IMG/VR virus record: IMGVR_UViG_3300024259_001623
DNA: 64,000 nucleotides
Reading direction: 5' to 3' (one strand)
Source of the DNA: a virus
Lineage: Duplodnaviria; Caudoviricetes
Positions 46,070-55,104 of the stretch are shown in pieces. The notes beneath the pieces are model-generated. The model saw only the letters and a program-made list of their open reading frames with translations, did not search any database and was not told the origin of the DNA. The position numbers and the translations under genes were made by a program. Each line of letters begins with the position of its first letter. Position 1 is the stretch's first letter.

Positions 46070-47077
46070 TTATGTTAGGAAATTGTAACTTCTCTGGTTG
46101 GTGTATCCTTCGCTGATGCCGCTGGCAACAATAGGACTACCAGGAAGAACTCTGTAATTAACTGTAGTCTCTAGCAATTCATTTGTGATTGCTATTTCTT
46201 CAATCTGGAAAACAGTTCCGCCCATTCTAACTATAAAGTTACCAGCACATCCAACTCCAATATCTCCAGCACAAGTTGGGGCGGCAGTAGAACCTGCCGA
46301 CAAATTACTTTTACTTCCAACGCAATATCCCCAAATGACTTCAGACGTTTCGGTGCATCTTGTCTGATTGTCTTGACCCTTAAAGCCGGCTCTTGCAGCT
46401 AAAAGTTCATTTCTACCCATAACAGTAATGCTACCAGTGATGTCCCTCTTGGTCGCGGCAACATCCTGAGCAACTAACTTACCATTTAGAGTATAATAAC
46501 GCTGAGAATTATTATTGACATTGATACTGAAAGATCTGATCTCGTCGCCACCAACGGCTCCGCTACCTACTAGGAACTTTACAACAGCATCATTCCAAGT
46601 AACAACTCTTGAATTTCTTTGCTCATAAAACGCTTGAGATTCTGTAGCATCGCCAGTAGCACCGTTATCTCTATCAATACCTATAATACCAATATTGATA
46701 TTAACCATATCACTCTGAGTAACGCTATATTCAAACGTATCTACGATATTACTGCTATATTCGTAAGAAACACCAGTTGCATACTTGACTTTAATATTAT
46801 CAATTCTATTTGCTAATCTACCAGATGTATTTCTTTCTATAACTCCATTCCATAATGTTCTAGTGACAGAATCACCATCTTCATGAACAGCAGGGAAAGA
46901 TATTGATCCGCCGACTTCTTTTGCTTGTACCTGATAAGTAGTCTTATCGAATTTACCGTCTACTAAGTTAGGAGAATCAATAGCTTGCGTTGCCCTAATA
47001 TCACAAGATGTCGCTCTAACTCTAGACCCGTCTAAACTGACGAATCCTACATATCCTAATTGGGCTTGATTTGGCAT
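46070..47077 (-). CDS. Major tail (tube) protein
   Basis: 335 aa, beta-rich, IRSFSINVNNN...KRDITGSITV tube-like pattern; upstream of chaperones and tape measure; own terminator. Confidence 0.8.
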   Translation of the reverse strand: MPNQAQLGYVGFVSLDGSRVRATSCDIRATQAIDSPNLVDGKFDKTTYQVQAKEVGGSISFPAVHEDGDSVTRTLWNGVIERNTSGRLANRIDNIKVKYATGVSYEYSSNIVDTFEYSVTQSDMVNINIGIIGIDRDNGATGDATESQAFYEQRNSRVVTWNDAVVKFLVGSGAVGGDEIRSFSINVNNNSQRYYTLNGKLVAQDVAATKRDITGSITVMGRNELLAARAGFKGQDNQTRCTETSEVIWGYCVGSKSNLSAGSTAAPTCAGDIGVGCAGNFIVRMGGTVFQIEEIAITNELLETTVNYRVLPGSPIVASGISEGYTNQRSYNFLT

Positions 47078-47128
47078 AAATAAGCTCCTATATTCCTATT
47101 CTGTATAACACTTATGATAAACCGACTA

Positions 47129-47554
47129 TTAAATACTATCTGTGACATAAATATCACTGATATCAAATCCTACTTCTGAGCTTAGTGACTGCCAGGTTTC
47201 ATCAACGGTGATAGGTGTTCCATCCGTAGTACACGCAGCGAAAAACTCATCTATTTCAGTATAACTTCCTCTAACGATAACATGATTATTCAATGCTCTA
47301 ACAGCTTCTAATAAAGCAGTAGGAGTATTAAACTGAGAAGAACTAAGATTATACGAATTCCAAAAAGAACTCAATAAGTCTATCTCAGGAATACATGTCT
47401 GCAACATAACTATTTGATAGACGGCATCTAACAAATCTTGATTAACAGCCAAAACCCTTTCTCTAGCTTGAGCGTATAAATCAGCCAAGCACTTATAATC
47501 TTCGCAACTGATTAATCCACTGTCTAAATCGCATGATCCTGTAACACAAGCCAT
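47129..47554 (-). CDS. Hypothetical protein in tail/neck module
   Basis: 141 aa, AGGAG SD, Cys-rich N-terminus. Confidence 0.75.
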   Translation of the reverse strand: MACVTGSCDLDSGLISCEDYKCLADLYAQARERVLAVNQDLLDAVYQIVMLQTCIPEIDLLSSFWNSYNLSSSQFNTPTALLEAVRALNNHVIVRGSYTEIDEFFAACTTDGTPITVDETWQSLSSEVGFDISDIYVTDSI

Positions 47555-47639
47555 ATTATTTCTCCTGATGATAAAAGGAAAATAATTCCAATTAATTACT
47601 TATATTGTTCTTCAATATTTTCCTTCGAAACCTTTTTAT

Positions 47640-48851
47640 TTATTCAAAAATTTCTAAATTTAATTCATTTTTATTATTTCTAACTACTTTTATAACATCC
47701 TTTATTTTTCGTAAAAAGTTTCTTAATTCAAACTTCTTAGAAACCTTTACGCTACATGACTTTATTTCTTGAAAAACTTCTGGTTTCCTTTTTTTTATAT
47801 TTTCTAATTCCAATAAAATATCAGCGAATGATTTATAAGAAGCAACTTCATAGTGTTCTGCCAAAGCTCCTACATAAACATTACTATCAACAAAGAATTG
47901 ATATGCCTCTGGCATCTCCTCAATAATCTCTTTTAATGCTCCAACTTTTGTAGCTACAGGTATACAACCACAAGCCATTCCCTCTAAAACAGACATTCCA
48001 GTAGCCGCTCTAACAGATAAGTCTGCTACTACATCACATCCGTTTAATTTTTCGACCAACGCTTTTTCTTCTATACCTTCATTAATACCAATAAACTCTT
48101 CTGGTAATGCAATAGCATTATGCTTATCATATCTTTCTTTCAAATAATATAAGTCATAATCCCCTTCATCAGATATATTTGTGTGCATATAAGATTCTAT
48201 ATTCTCATTGCGATCTCTTGCAGAAGCTACGCCCATCATATATGTAGCAGAACCAGAAGATTGAGAGTTTTTGCCACAACCAAATATCTTTAATTTATTA
48301 GAATTTTTAATAATATTATCTTTTATATTAAAAACATCATGATCTATTCCTATAGGTACATATTCACATAAGGTATTACAGAACTCGCTGACTTCTTTTG
48401 CCCCTTCCTTTGTGGATGATAAAATATAATCCATATACTGAAAAGAATCTTTTCTAGAATCGTTAATCGGAACTGCATCAATAGTTAATATATTAATCCA
48501 TTTGAATAATGTAGGATGTAGAGATTTTATAGCAAATATAAAATCTGTCTCATGATAATCTCCTATAGAGATAACGACATCTGGCTGTGCCTTTTTCATT
48601 ATCTCATAAACTTGTGGAGAAGACATGTCTACTCTATTAATAAACGGATATATACGACATATCTTTTTATCATTTTTTTCAAAAAAGAATTGACCATCTT
48701 CACTGGCAGAATACCAACTAATATCATGATGCCAAACAGCAGAACTAACTTCTACATCTGGCATCTCTGATAAACATTCTAATACATAAGAGTTGATTTT
48801 TCCTAACTTTGTAGACAAATAGGGTGAGGCACTTACCGTTAAAATTTTCAT
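47640..48851 (-). CDS. Glycosyltransferase, GT4 (GT-B) family
   Basis: VPIGIDHDVF, DVVADLSVRAATGMSVLEGMACGCIPVATKVGALKE. Confidence 0.88.
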   Translation of the reverse strand: MKILTVSASPYLSTKLGKINSYVLECLSEMPDVEVSSAVWHHDISWYSASEDGQFFFEKNDKKICRIYPFINRVDMSSPQVYEIMKKAQPDVVISIGDYHETDFIFAIKSLHPTLFKWINILTIDAVPINDSRKDSFQYMDYILSSTKEGAKEVSEFCNTLCEYVPIGIDHDVFNIKDNIIKNSNKLKIFGCGKNSQSSGSATYMMGVASARDRNENIESYMHTNISDEGDYDLYYLKERYDKHNAIALPEEFIGINEGIEEKALVEKLNGCDVVADLSVRAATGMSVLEGMACGCIPVATKVGALKEIIEEMPEAYQFFVDSNVYVGALAEHYEVASYKSFADILLELENIKKRKPEVFQEIKSCSVKVSKKFELRNFLRKIKDVIKVVRNNKNELNLEIFE

Positions 48852-48866
48852 TATATTCCTTTCTAA

Positions 48867-49775
48867 TTACGTCAAGTTTGTGTCTATTGGGAACTCTGGC
48901 TGAACTTGCTCTTCCCATGCAAACCAGGATATAGTAGCAGCTTTCAGCATCGAACCCTTAAATATAGTACCATATTGAGTACTGTCAGGCCACGAATTAT
49001 ATATAAATCTGGTAGTGTTAATGATTTTTGCTCCATCGGCAACATCATAGCTACAAGATGTAGGTTCAAGCAATTTTACAGTAGTTGCATCTATAATTTC
49101 TTCAATTCTATTTTCTTCTGATTTATATGCATCTTCAATCAATATTCTTTGTTGCTCTGGAATATTAAATATAGAACTATCTGCGACTTTCAAATATATA
49201 TCTGCCAACGCTGCATCAGCGGCAAGAGATGTAGTCTGATAAGGACCGACTAACGGAAATATATTGTTTTTAAGACCTTCTCTTATTGTATCAGTGACTC
49301 TCATCAAAAATCTATATGTATCTTCTTGATTACCAGATAAAACATATACAGATAATTCAACTTGATATGATTCTTTTGTACTATCTAAGGTCAACCATTC
49401 GGAATCTGCCGACACAGCCTTAATAGTTATAGCTGGATATCTAGGAATATTATCAGGTTCTCCCAAATATACTTGTTGAACAAAATTTTGGAAGAATGTC
49501 TTCTCTAGGATTGGACTCTCGTTGATATCCCAATAATATTGTATAGCAGTAGTCAATTCAAGATGAGTAGAATCTACTATACTTTTAACTATCAAAGGCG
49601 TTTCGGCTAAAGTAGGCGTTCTGATTAAAACTTCATCCCCTACTCTAAATCTTTTGGTAGTATTTATATTCAAAATTGTATCGCCAGGGGTTGCATCACT
49701 CAAAAGAGGAGCATTTGTAGCGGCCCAGCGGTCCACCATTCTTTTAACACTATCAAGGATCTCTTCCATAGCCAT
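48867..49775 (-). CDS. Tail terminator/completion-like protein with two inserted beta domains
   Basis: QVYLGEPDNIPRYPAITI...YQVELSVYV...LMRVTDTIREGL; position between adaptor and tube genes. Confidence 0.6.
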   Translation of the reverse strand: MAMEEILDSVKRMVDRWAATNAPLLSDATPGDTILNINTTKRFRVGDEVLIRTPTLAETPLIVKSIVDSTHLELTTAIQYYWDINESPILEKTFFQNFVQQVYLGEPDNIPRYPAITIKAVSADSEWLTLDSTKESYQVELSVYVLSGNQEDTYRFLMRVTDTIREGLKNNIFPLVGPYQTTSLAADAALADIYLKVADSSIFNIPEQQRILIEDAYKSEENRIEEIIDATTVKLLEPTSCSYDVADGAKIINTTRFIYNSWPDSTQYGTIFKGSMLKAATISWFAWEEQVQPEFPIDTNLT

Positions 49776-50056
49776 TATATCAAACCCTTAGTAAAATTTT
49801 CTAATATATCAGTTACCAAATTGTCTACATGCTTGCCTTTCAATTTATTCTTTTCAAGAGCTTTTAAGTATTGAGCTTGCTCCATAGCTTGTTTCTCATT
49901 CTCGCTAAGTCTACTCGTATCGACACTCATAGATTCAACAACCTGTCCTTTCTCTACTAAAACTCTACCATCTAATGTTTTTGCTTTTTTAATGCCAGCA
50001 TTCATCATTTTAATATCTTTGACTAGCTTCTCAATGCCCTCAACCTTTTTAGCCAT
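49775..50056 (-). CDS. Hypothetical protein (neck region)
   Basis: 93 aa, TAATG overlap with the next gene. Confidence 0.7.
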   Translation of the reverse strand: MAKKVEGIEKLVKDIKMMNAGIKKAKTLDGRVLVEKGQVVESMSVDTSRLSENEKQAMEQAQYLKALEKNKLKGKHVDNLVTDILENFTKGLI

Positions 50057-50061
50057 AATGA

Positions 50062-50787
50062 TTATACCTCATCCATATTATTGTCACCTGGCTGAACATA
50101 AGGCAATCCATACCTATCTACGACATTGGAATTATAGAATCTTCTACCTATTCTTATTTGACCATGCAAAATTGTTCTACCATTTAATATATTATTTAAA
50201 TCTCTTTTCGCCAATTTTCTCATCAGACCACCATATTCTGATTCGCTAGGAGAGGCTTGAGACATAAAATATTTTTCATAAATAGAAGCCCCAGCCATTC
50301 TTGCAGAAACTAAAGGAATAGGATCGGGATATCTAACTCTTATCAATCTAGTCTCAGTAGCGACAAACGCATAACTTATTGGTTCAGTCGTGGTAAATAC
50401 ATTTGTGTCAATATCATCAACAATAGACTCAATAATAACTCTTTCTTCATTATCTCCATCAGTCAAAATTAGATTATCACCCGGATAAAAAGGACAACTT
50501 TTTTCGGTTATAATATAATCATTATAGTCATCTATATTTGACAGCAAAGTAGTCTCAAAATCTGACTTTTCACAAAGAGGAGTTATATATAACTCGCTCA
50601 AAGCTGAATTAATCTCAGAATCAGCCCATTTAATATATTGATCAACAATCTCTGATGATATAATATTTGAATCAAAAGTATTTCCGATTTTCAACAAATC
50701 TTCTGGTTCTCCAGAACTTCTTGGAGCAGCAGAAGTTAACGCCTGTGCCACAATATACTCTATTGAAGTTATATTAGAATATCCCAC
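50062..50787 (-). CDS. Head-tail adaptor (Mu gp36/DUF1320-like)
   Basis: GTG start; VDQYIKWADSEINSALSELYITPL...PDPIPLVSARMAGASIY...AKRDLNNILNG. Confidence 0.75.
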   Translation of the reverse strand: MGYSNITSIEYIVAQALTSAAPRSSGEPEDLLKIGNTFDSNIISSEIVDQYIKWADSEINSALSELYITPLCEKSDFETTLLSNIDDYNDYIITEKSCPFYPGDNLILTDGDNEERVIIESIVDDIDTNVFTTTEPISYAFVATETRLIRVRYPDPIPLVSARMAGASIYEKYFMSQASPSESEYGGLMRKLAKRDLNNILNGRTILHGQIRIGRRFYNSNVVDRYGLPYVQPGDNNMDEV

Positions 50788-50791
50788 GTAT

Positions 50792-51883
50792 TTAATCTCC
50801 TAAAATACTGGATAAATCATCGTCAGACGATTTATTTATTTTCTTTTGAGTTATCATAGCTTGAGTTAAACATCCTTTTACAACCGAATTCCTAGGATCA
50901 GCAGAGTGTTTTACATCTTTCACCTTAAACGGCAATTTCAAGCCTCTTATTACTTCTTCTATTTTATTGCAAAATCCTTTAGGCATACTTGTGCCACCAG
51001 CAACAACTATATCCAATGGAGAATCAAATTCGCTCTCAACATTAGCAAATTTAACTGCGAAATTCTTTAAAACGTATTCTATCATCGCTCCATAATAAAC
51101 ATCAAGAGCATATAAAATATCATCATCTTCATCCAAATTATTAAAATCTAATCTTTTCTCTTTGGCAGAAGTGACCTTAGATACAGAGATACCCAACTGC
51201 TCAGAAACCTTATTATCTATCCAATCACCACTTCTCGACGTAGACATGCCTAAAATCTTCAACCCCTTATAAGCCAAAACACAATTAACCCTACCAGCAC
51301 CGAAACTAATTCCAATACCACTATAAGGAGATTCAGTTCCATCCTCTTCGACAACAACAGGTCTTTCAGACAATATGACAGCCAAACCTTCTTCTATAAC
51401 CTTAACATTCCAACCATTCTTCTTAAACATACCCATCAATCTTGCCTTATGGAAGGCGCTATCAGCAGAACCATCAGTAGGAGGAGAAGACACACAAGTA
51501 CATACAACGGATTTGTCATTAGGAGCCTTGCCCAAAGATGTATTAATCAATTCAGATAATACTAACATCTTTTTCTCTTCATTCTTATTTAATACTCCGC
51601 TTTCCATAGGACGCCTTAACTCGACTTTACCTGGGAACAATTTTGCAACTCTCAAAGAGTCTTCACCTATAACAAAATAATCACCATCGTCCCTAACGAA
51701 TTTCCATTTATTTTGAGATAATACATCTTCAATATCATCTGTGGCTTCGATCTGCACAAATGCATTTCTGATGTTTTTTAATTCAATTTTATTATCTGCG
51801 TTTTTTTCTGCTGTTTGGAAAAACATAGTTCCGACATCGGCTCCGCACACTCTAGATTGTTTTTTATTTGCATCTTTTTCCAT
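50792..51883 (-). CDS. Actin-like ATPase (MreB/ParM/Alp superfamily)
   Basis: Phosphate-1 GADVGT, connect-1 EEGLAVI, phosphate-2 GISFGAGRVN, adenosine VVAGGTS, connect-2 NSVVKGC; start probably ATG 51883 (AGGAG SD). Confidence 0.88.
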   Translation of the reverse strand: MEKDANKKQSRVCGADVGTMFFQTAEKNADNKIELKNIRNAFVQIEATDDIEDVLSQNKWKFVRDDGDYFVIGEDSLRVAKLFPGKVELRRPMESGVLNKNEEKKMLVLSELINTSLGKAPNDKSVVCTCVSSPPTDGSADSAFHKARLMGMFKKNGWNVKVIEEGLAVILSERPVVVEEDGTESPYSGIGISFGAGRVNCVLAYKGLKILGMSTSRSGDWIDNKVSEQLGISVSKVTSAKEKRLDFNNLDEDDDILYALDVYYGAMIEYVLKNFAVKFANVESEFDSPLDIVVAGGTSMPKGFCNKIEEVIRGLKLPFKVKDVKHSADPRNSVVKGCLTQAMITQKKINKSSDDDLSSILGD

Positions 51884-51921
51884 TACATTTTCTCCTATTT
51901 TTTGCATATATTTCTATATTA

Positions 51922-51928
51922 ATTATCG
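51922..51928 (-). promoter_or_regulatory. Candidate phage late-promoter motif CGATAAT
   Basis: Intergenic, 38 nt upstream of ATG 51883. Confidence 0.4.
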
Positions 51929-51943
51929 GATATATGATGATTA

Positions 51944-52522
51944 TTACATCAGATTTTCTAATTCTGATGCATTATCTAGAATTGAGTCATCAGATACTTC
52001 AGATTTCTCGTAATCAACAGAACCTTCAGTATTTTTAGACATTTTAGAAACAGCCTTAGCATGCATTGTAGCTATCTTTTCTATATCGATATCATCAGAT
52101 TCTTCTATCGCTACAGGCTGCTCAGTGTTATTTGAATCCCCAGACGTATTACTATTTTTTAATATATTTAATATCTGACTGACTTGCCCCATAATATCAG
52201 AATCAGAATTATTATTATCTTGCTTTTTAAGTCCAGACAACTGCTCTTTCAACTCATCTTTCATAAAATTCTTCAATTCATTTAAGATTTCTTCTTTTTC
52301 AAAATTATTAGGATTATCTACTTGAGACTTCTTAGAGACAGATTCCTCTCTATGTATGACTTTAACTTTCCCTTTTCGTTCAGCAAGTCGTAAATTATCT
52401 GACCTCTCTGGAGATACAAGAGTTTTTACTTTATGTAGATCGATAGCCTGATTAGGCCCTAAAGTTATACCTAAATCCGATAAAGTTATTTCATTCCGAC
52501 TTGAATTAGCTATTAGATACAT
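51944..52522 (-). CDS. Hypothetical protein
   Basis: 192 aa, packed against neighbours. Confidence 0.75.
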   Translation of the reverse strand: MYLIANSSRNEITLSDLGITLGPNQAIDLHKVKTLVSPERSDNLRLAERKGKVKVIHREESVSKKSQVDNPNNFEKEEILNELKNFMKDELKEQLSGLKKQDNNNSDSDIMGQVSQILNILKNSNTSGDSNNTEQPVAIEESDDIDIEKIATMHAKAVSKMSKNTEGSVDYEKSEVSDDSILDNASELENLM

Positions 52523-52705
52523 TTAATATCTTCTTTGTGTTCGTATCCTGGGTAAGGGTTCTGGTTTTGGTTCTAAACAGATTTTATTTTCTTTTTTACA
52601 ATGAGGACATACATAATATAAGTTCCCATCAGAAAAATTTATCTCAATAGTTATATCGTCACCAGAAGGTTCTGCGCAATATTTGCAAATACAATATATT
52701 TTCAT
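52523..52705 (-). CDS. Small zinc-finger protein
   Basis: CKYC...CPHC in 60 aa. Confidence 0.7.
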   Translation of the reverse strand: MKIYCICKYCAEPSGDDITIEINFSDGNLYYVCPHCKKENKICLEPKPEPLPRIRTQRRY

Positions 52706-52707
52706 TT

Positions 52708-55104
52708 TTACCCCAACAATTGTCTGATCATAAACATGCCTCTAATATATATATCGTCCATTTTATCATGCATATTCTTAACAGATTCCGGAGAAGAAGA
52801 TATCCTGATCATTTTTCCATTCATCTTTCTCAACTTAGATATCTTAGTCATCATGTTTACATAAATCGCAACAGCCTGCTTATATCCTTCCCATCTAGAC
52901 AACTTGCTCTCTAATAAAGTGAATATCTGCTTTAATCTTGGAGGAAGAGGACCACCAGCGATCATAGAAATCATATCTCTACCATTTAACTTATTAATTC
53001 CTAACTCTTTATAAAGTCCTGGTCCTATATCTTCCAAAATACCTTTCAATTTAGCGTGACCCCCAACTTTATCTTTTGGAGAACCTTCCGGCTTTGGCCC
53101 CAAAGACGCATGAAATCTGATAAAGGTTAAAAAGTTTTGTCTAGCAATCTGAAAATCTCTGATTCTCTTCTCTCTTTCTCCTGGCATTAAAGTAGATATT
53201 TCTTTTTCCAGTTTTCCTTTACCTCTTATAAAAGCAATAAGAGCATCTGCTGCAAGCTTTCCCCAAACGAAGCCAGATTGTGAAAGATATTTTTGTGTAT
53301 TTAAATTAGATCTTGCGTCTATATATTTTTGACTCTGTTCTAAAGTATGTCTAACAAAATTATCATCATTTAGAAATTTCGCTAATGTTGGATCCTGATA
53401 TACTGGATTAGAAGAAACAGTTTTCCGTATTCTATCATAAAAATCCTCGCTACTATCTAGTCCCTGTACCTGCAACTTTTCAGCAATAGATTTAATATCA
53501 GTTTTCATTTGATATAATAAGTTATTATATTGAGTAGTAACTTTAGGGCTAACAGCATTCGCCATCTGATTTTCATAATCACTTTTATTTGTTTTTTTCC
53601 ACCTAATACCTCCTATATTATTAAAAATACCTACAGGAGTAGCATAAACCTCACCGGGAGCTAATTTCTCTAATATACTATCTATCTCCTTTTGATCTAC
53701 AGGACTAGTGGATTTTTCACTGTTATCCATTAGTTTTAATAATTTTCTTAATTCTGGATCTTTTACTTCTTCTGGTTTTCTCAAGAAAGTAGCATTAGAG
53801 AAAAGATCAGATACCTGCCTCTTGAATAATGCAGATTTCAAAGAAACTAAGTCTACAGCCCCAATAGCTGAATCTTTTGTTTTTTGACTAACTCCAGAAA
53901 GAGAATCTACATATGTTCCCATAACATCTTTCATCTCATTCATAAAATCATTAACTAAAACAGTACCATCTCTAACAGAATTAATCCTTTCCTCGGGACT
54001 CATTCTACTTTCTGACCTATCAACCACTGTCTTATTAAATTTATCGACAGGATCTAAAACGTCAAACTCACCAGCTTCCCCTTCCTCGACCATATCTTTT
54101 GGCATACTTTGTTCCTGCTGAGGAAAATCCTTATAGGCAACATATGCAGCTATATCTTCCGCCCTTCTAAGAATACCCGGAAGAACTCTTTGGTCCCGGG
54201 CCTTTAATAATTCGCTAAGATGTTCCTGCAAATCATTAGCAAGTTTACCGCCGGCATAACTTGCCAATAATTTTTCTTTTGTTGGTCCAGTTATACTTTT
54301 TTTTACTGGCCTTACATAAAATTTACCAGGAAGATGTGAATCCTCTTTCGTATTAACGATATCCTCTTTTGTATAACCTTGAGCCAAAGCCTTCTGTACA
54401 TCTTTGTCATATCGAGCTTGATCTTTTTGTGTAGATAACCGCAATGCATAATCCCAAGATTTTTTAACGTCTTCCCAAGATCCTCTTAAATGGTCTGGAA
54501 CTAAATCTTCATTATTAACAAATATAGCAAGTCTAGAGTCTCTCAAATCCCCCTGGGCAGCGTATTCATATATACGACGATTCTCCCCAAGGGCAGCTTC
54601 CATAGCTTGCCATAAATAACCTAAAATAATCTTTATTCTCTCTTCTTTTGAAATGCTTTTATCAAGTAATCCCAATCTTTGTGCTGCTCCACCAGGATAA
54701 CTATATCTACTTTTAATTTTACTTGCTAAACTATTTAAACTATCCATAAATTCTGGAGATTGCCTAACAACCTCCGGAGGAAAATTATCTTTAAAAAGCT
54801 GAGATTGTTCTGTAGGCATAAAATAATTAGAAATACCAAAAAAATTAGTCTTATCAGTATTTACAGCTTCATCCCCAAAATCAAATGAAATATTAGATGG
54901 TTTTGCTGGAGGATCTATAACTTTTTCTATATTATACTGAGCGTTTTCATTTTCATCTATATCATCTAAATTGTCACTTATATCAGGCTCGATAGCATCA
55001 TCATTTTGTACAGTATTAACATTATACGTATCGACTACAGACTTATCAAATTTCGAGACTGATGCTAATAGATTAAACTTTTTTGAGGAATCTTCAAAAG
55101 ACAT
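52708..55104 (-). CDS. Large hypothetical protein, paralogue A (possible internal head protein)
   Basis: 798 aa; highly similar to 55117-58005 over about 715 aa. Confidence 0.85.
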   Translation of the reverse strand: MSFEDSSKKFNLLASVSKFDKSVVDTYNVNTVQNDDAIEPDISDNLDDIDENENAQYNIEKVIDPPAKPSNISFDFGDEAVNTDKTNFFGISNYFMPTEQSQLFKDNFPPEVVRQSPEFMDSLNSLASKIKSRYSYPGGAAQRLGLLDKSISKEERIKIILGYLWQAMEAALGENRRIYEYAAQGDLRDSRLAIFVNNEDLVPDHLRGSWEDVKKSWDYALRLSTQKDQARYDKDVQKALAQGYTKEDIVNTKEDSHLPGKFYVRPVKKSITGPTKEKLLASYAGGKLANDLQEHLSELLKARDQRVLPGILRRAEDIAAYVAYKDFPQQEQSMPKDMVEEGEAGEFDVLDPVDKFNKTVVDRSESRMSPEERINSVRDGTVLVNDFMNEMKDVMGTYVDSLSGVSQKTKDSAIGAVDLVSLKSALFKRQVSDLFSNATFLRKPEEVKDPELRKLLKLMDNSEKSTSPVDQKEIDSILEKLAPGEVYATPVGIFNNIGGIRWKKTNKSDYENQMANAVSPKVTTQYNNLLYQMKTDIKSIAEKLQVQGLDSSEDFYDRIRKTVSSNPVYQDPTLAKFLNDDNFVRHTLEQSQKYIDARSNLNTQKYLSQSGFVWGKLAADALIAFIRGKGKLEKEISTLMPGEREKRIRDFQIARQNFLTFIRFHASLGPKPEGSPKDKVGGHAKLKGILEDIGPGLYKELGINKLNGRDMISMIAGGPLPPRLKQIFTLLESKLSRWEGYKQAVAIYVNMMTKISKLRKMNGKMIRISSSPESVKNMHDKMDDIYIRGMFMIRQLLG

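Noticed and set aside
47573-47600. Terminator-like GGAA-TTATT-TTCC plus T run before the 141-aa gene
   Set aside because: Only a 4-bp stem; too weak to call.
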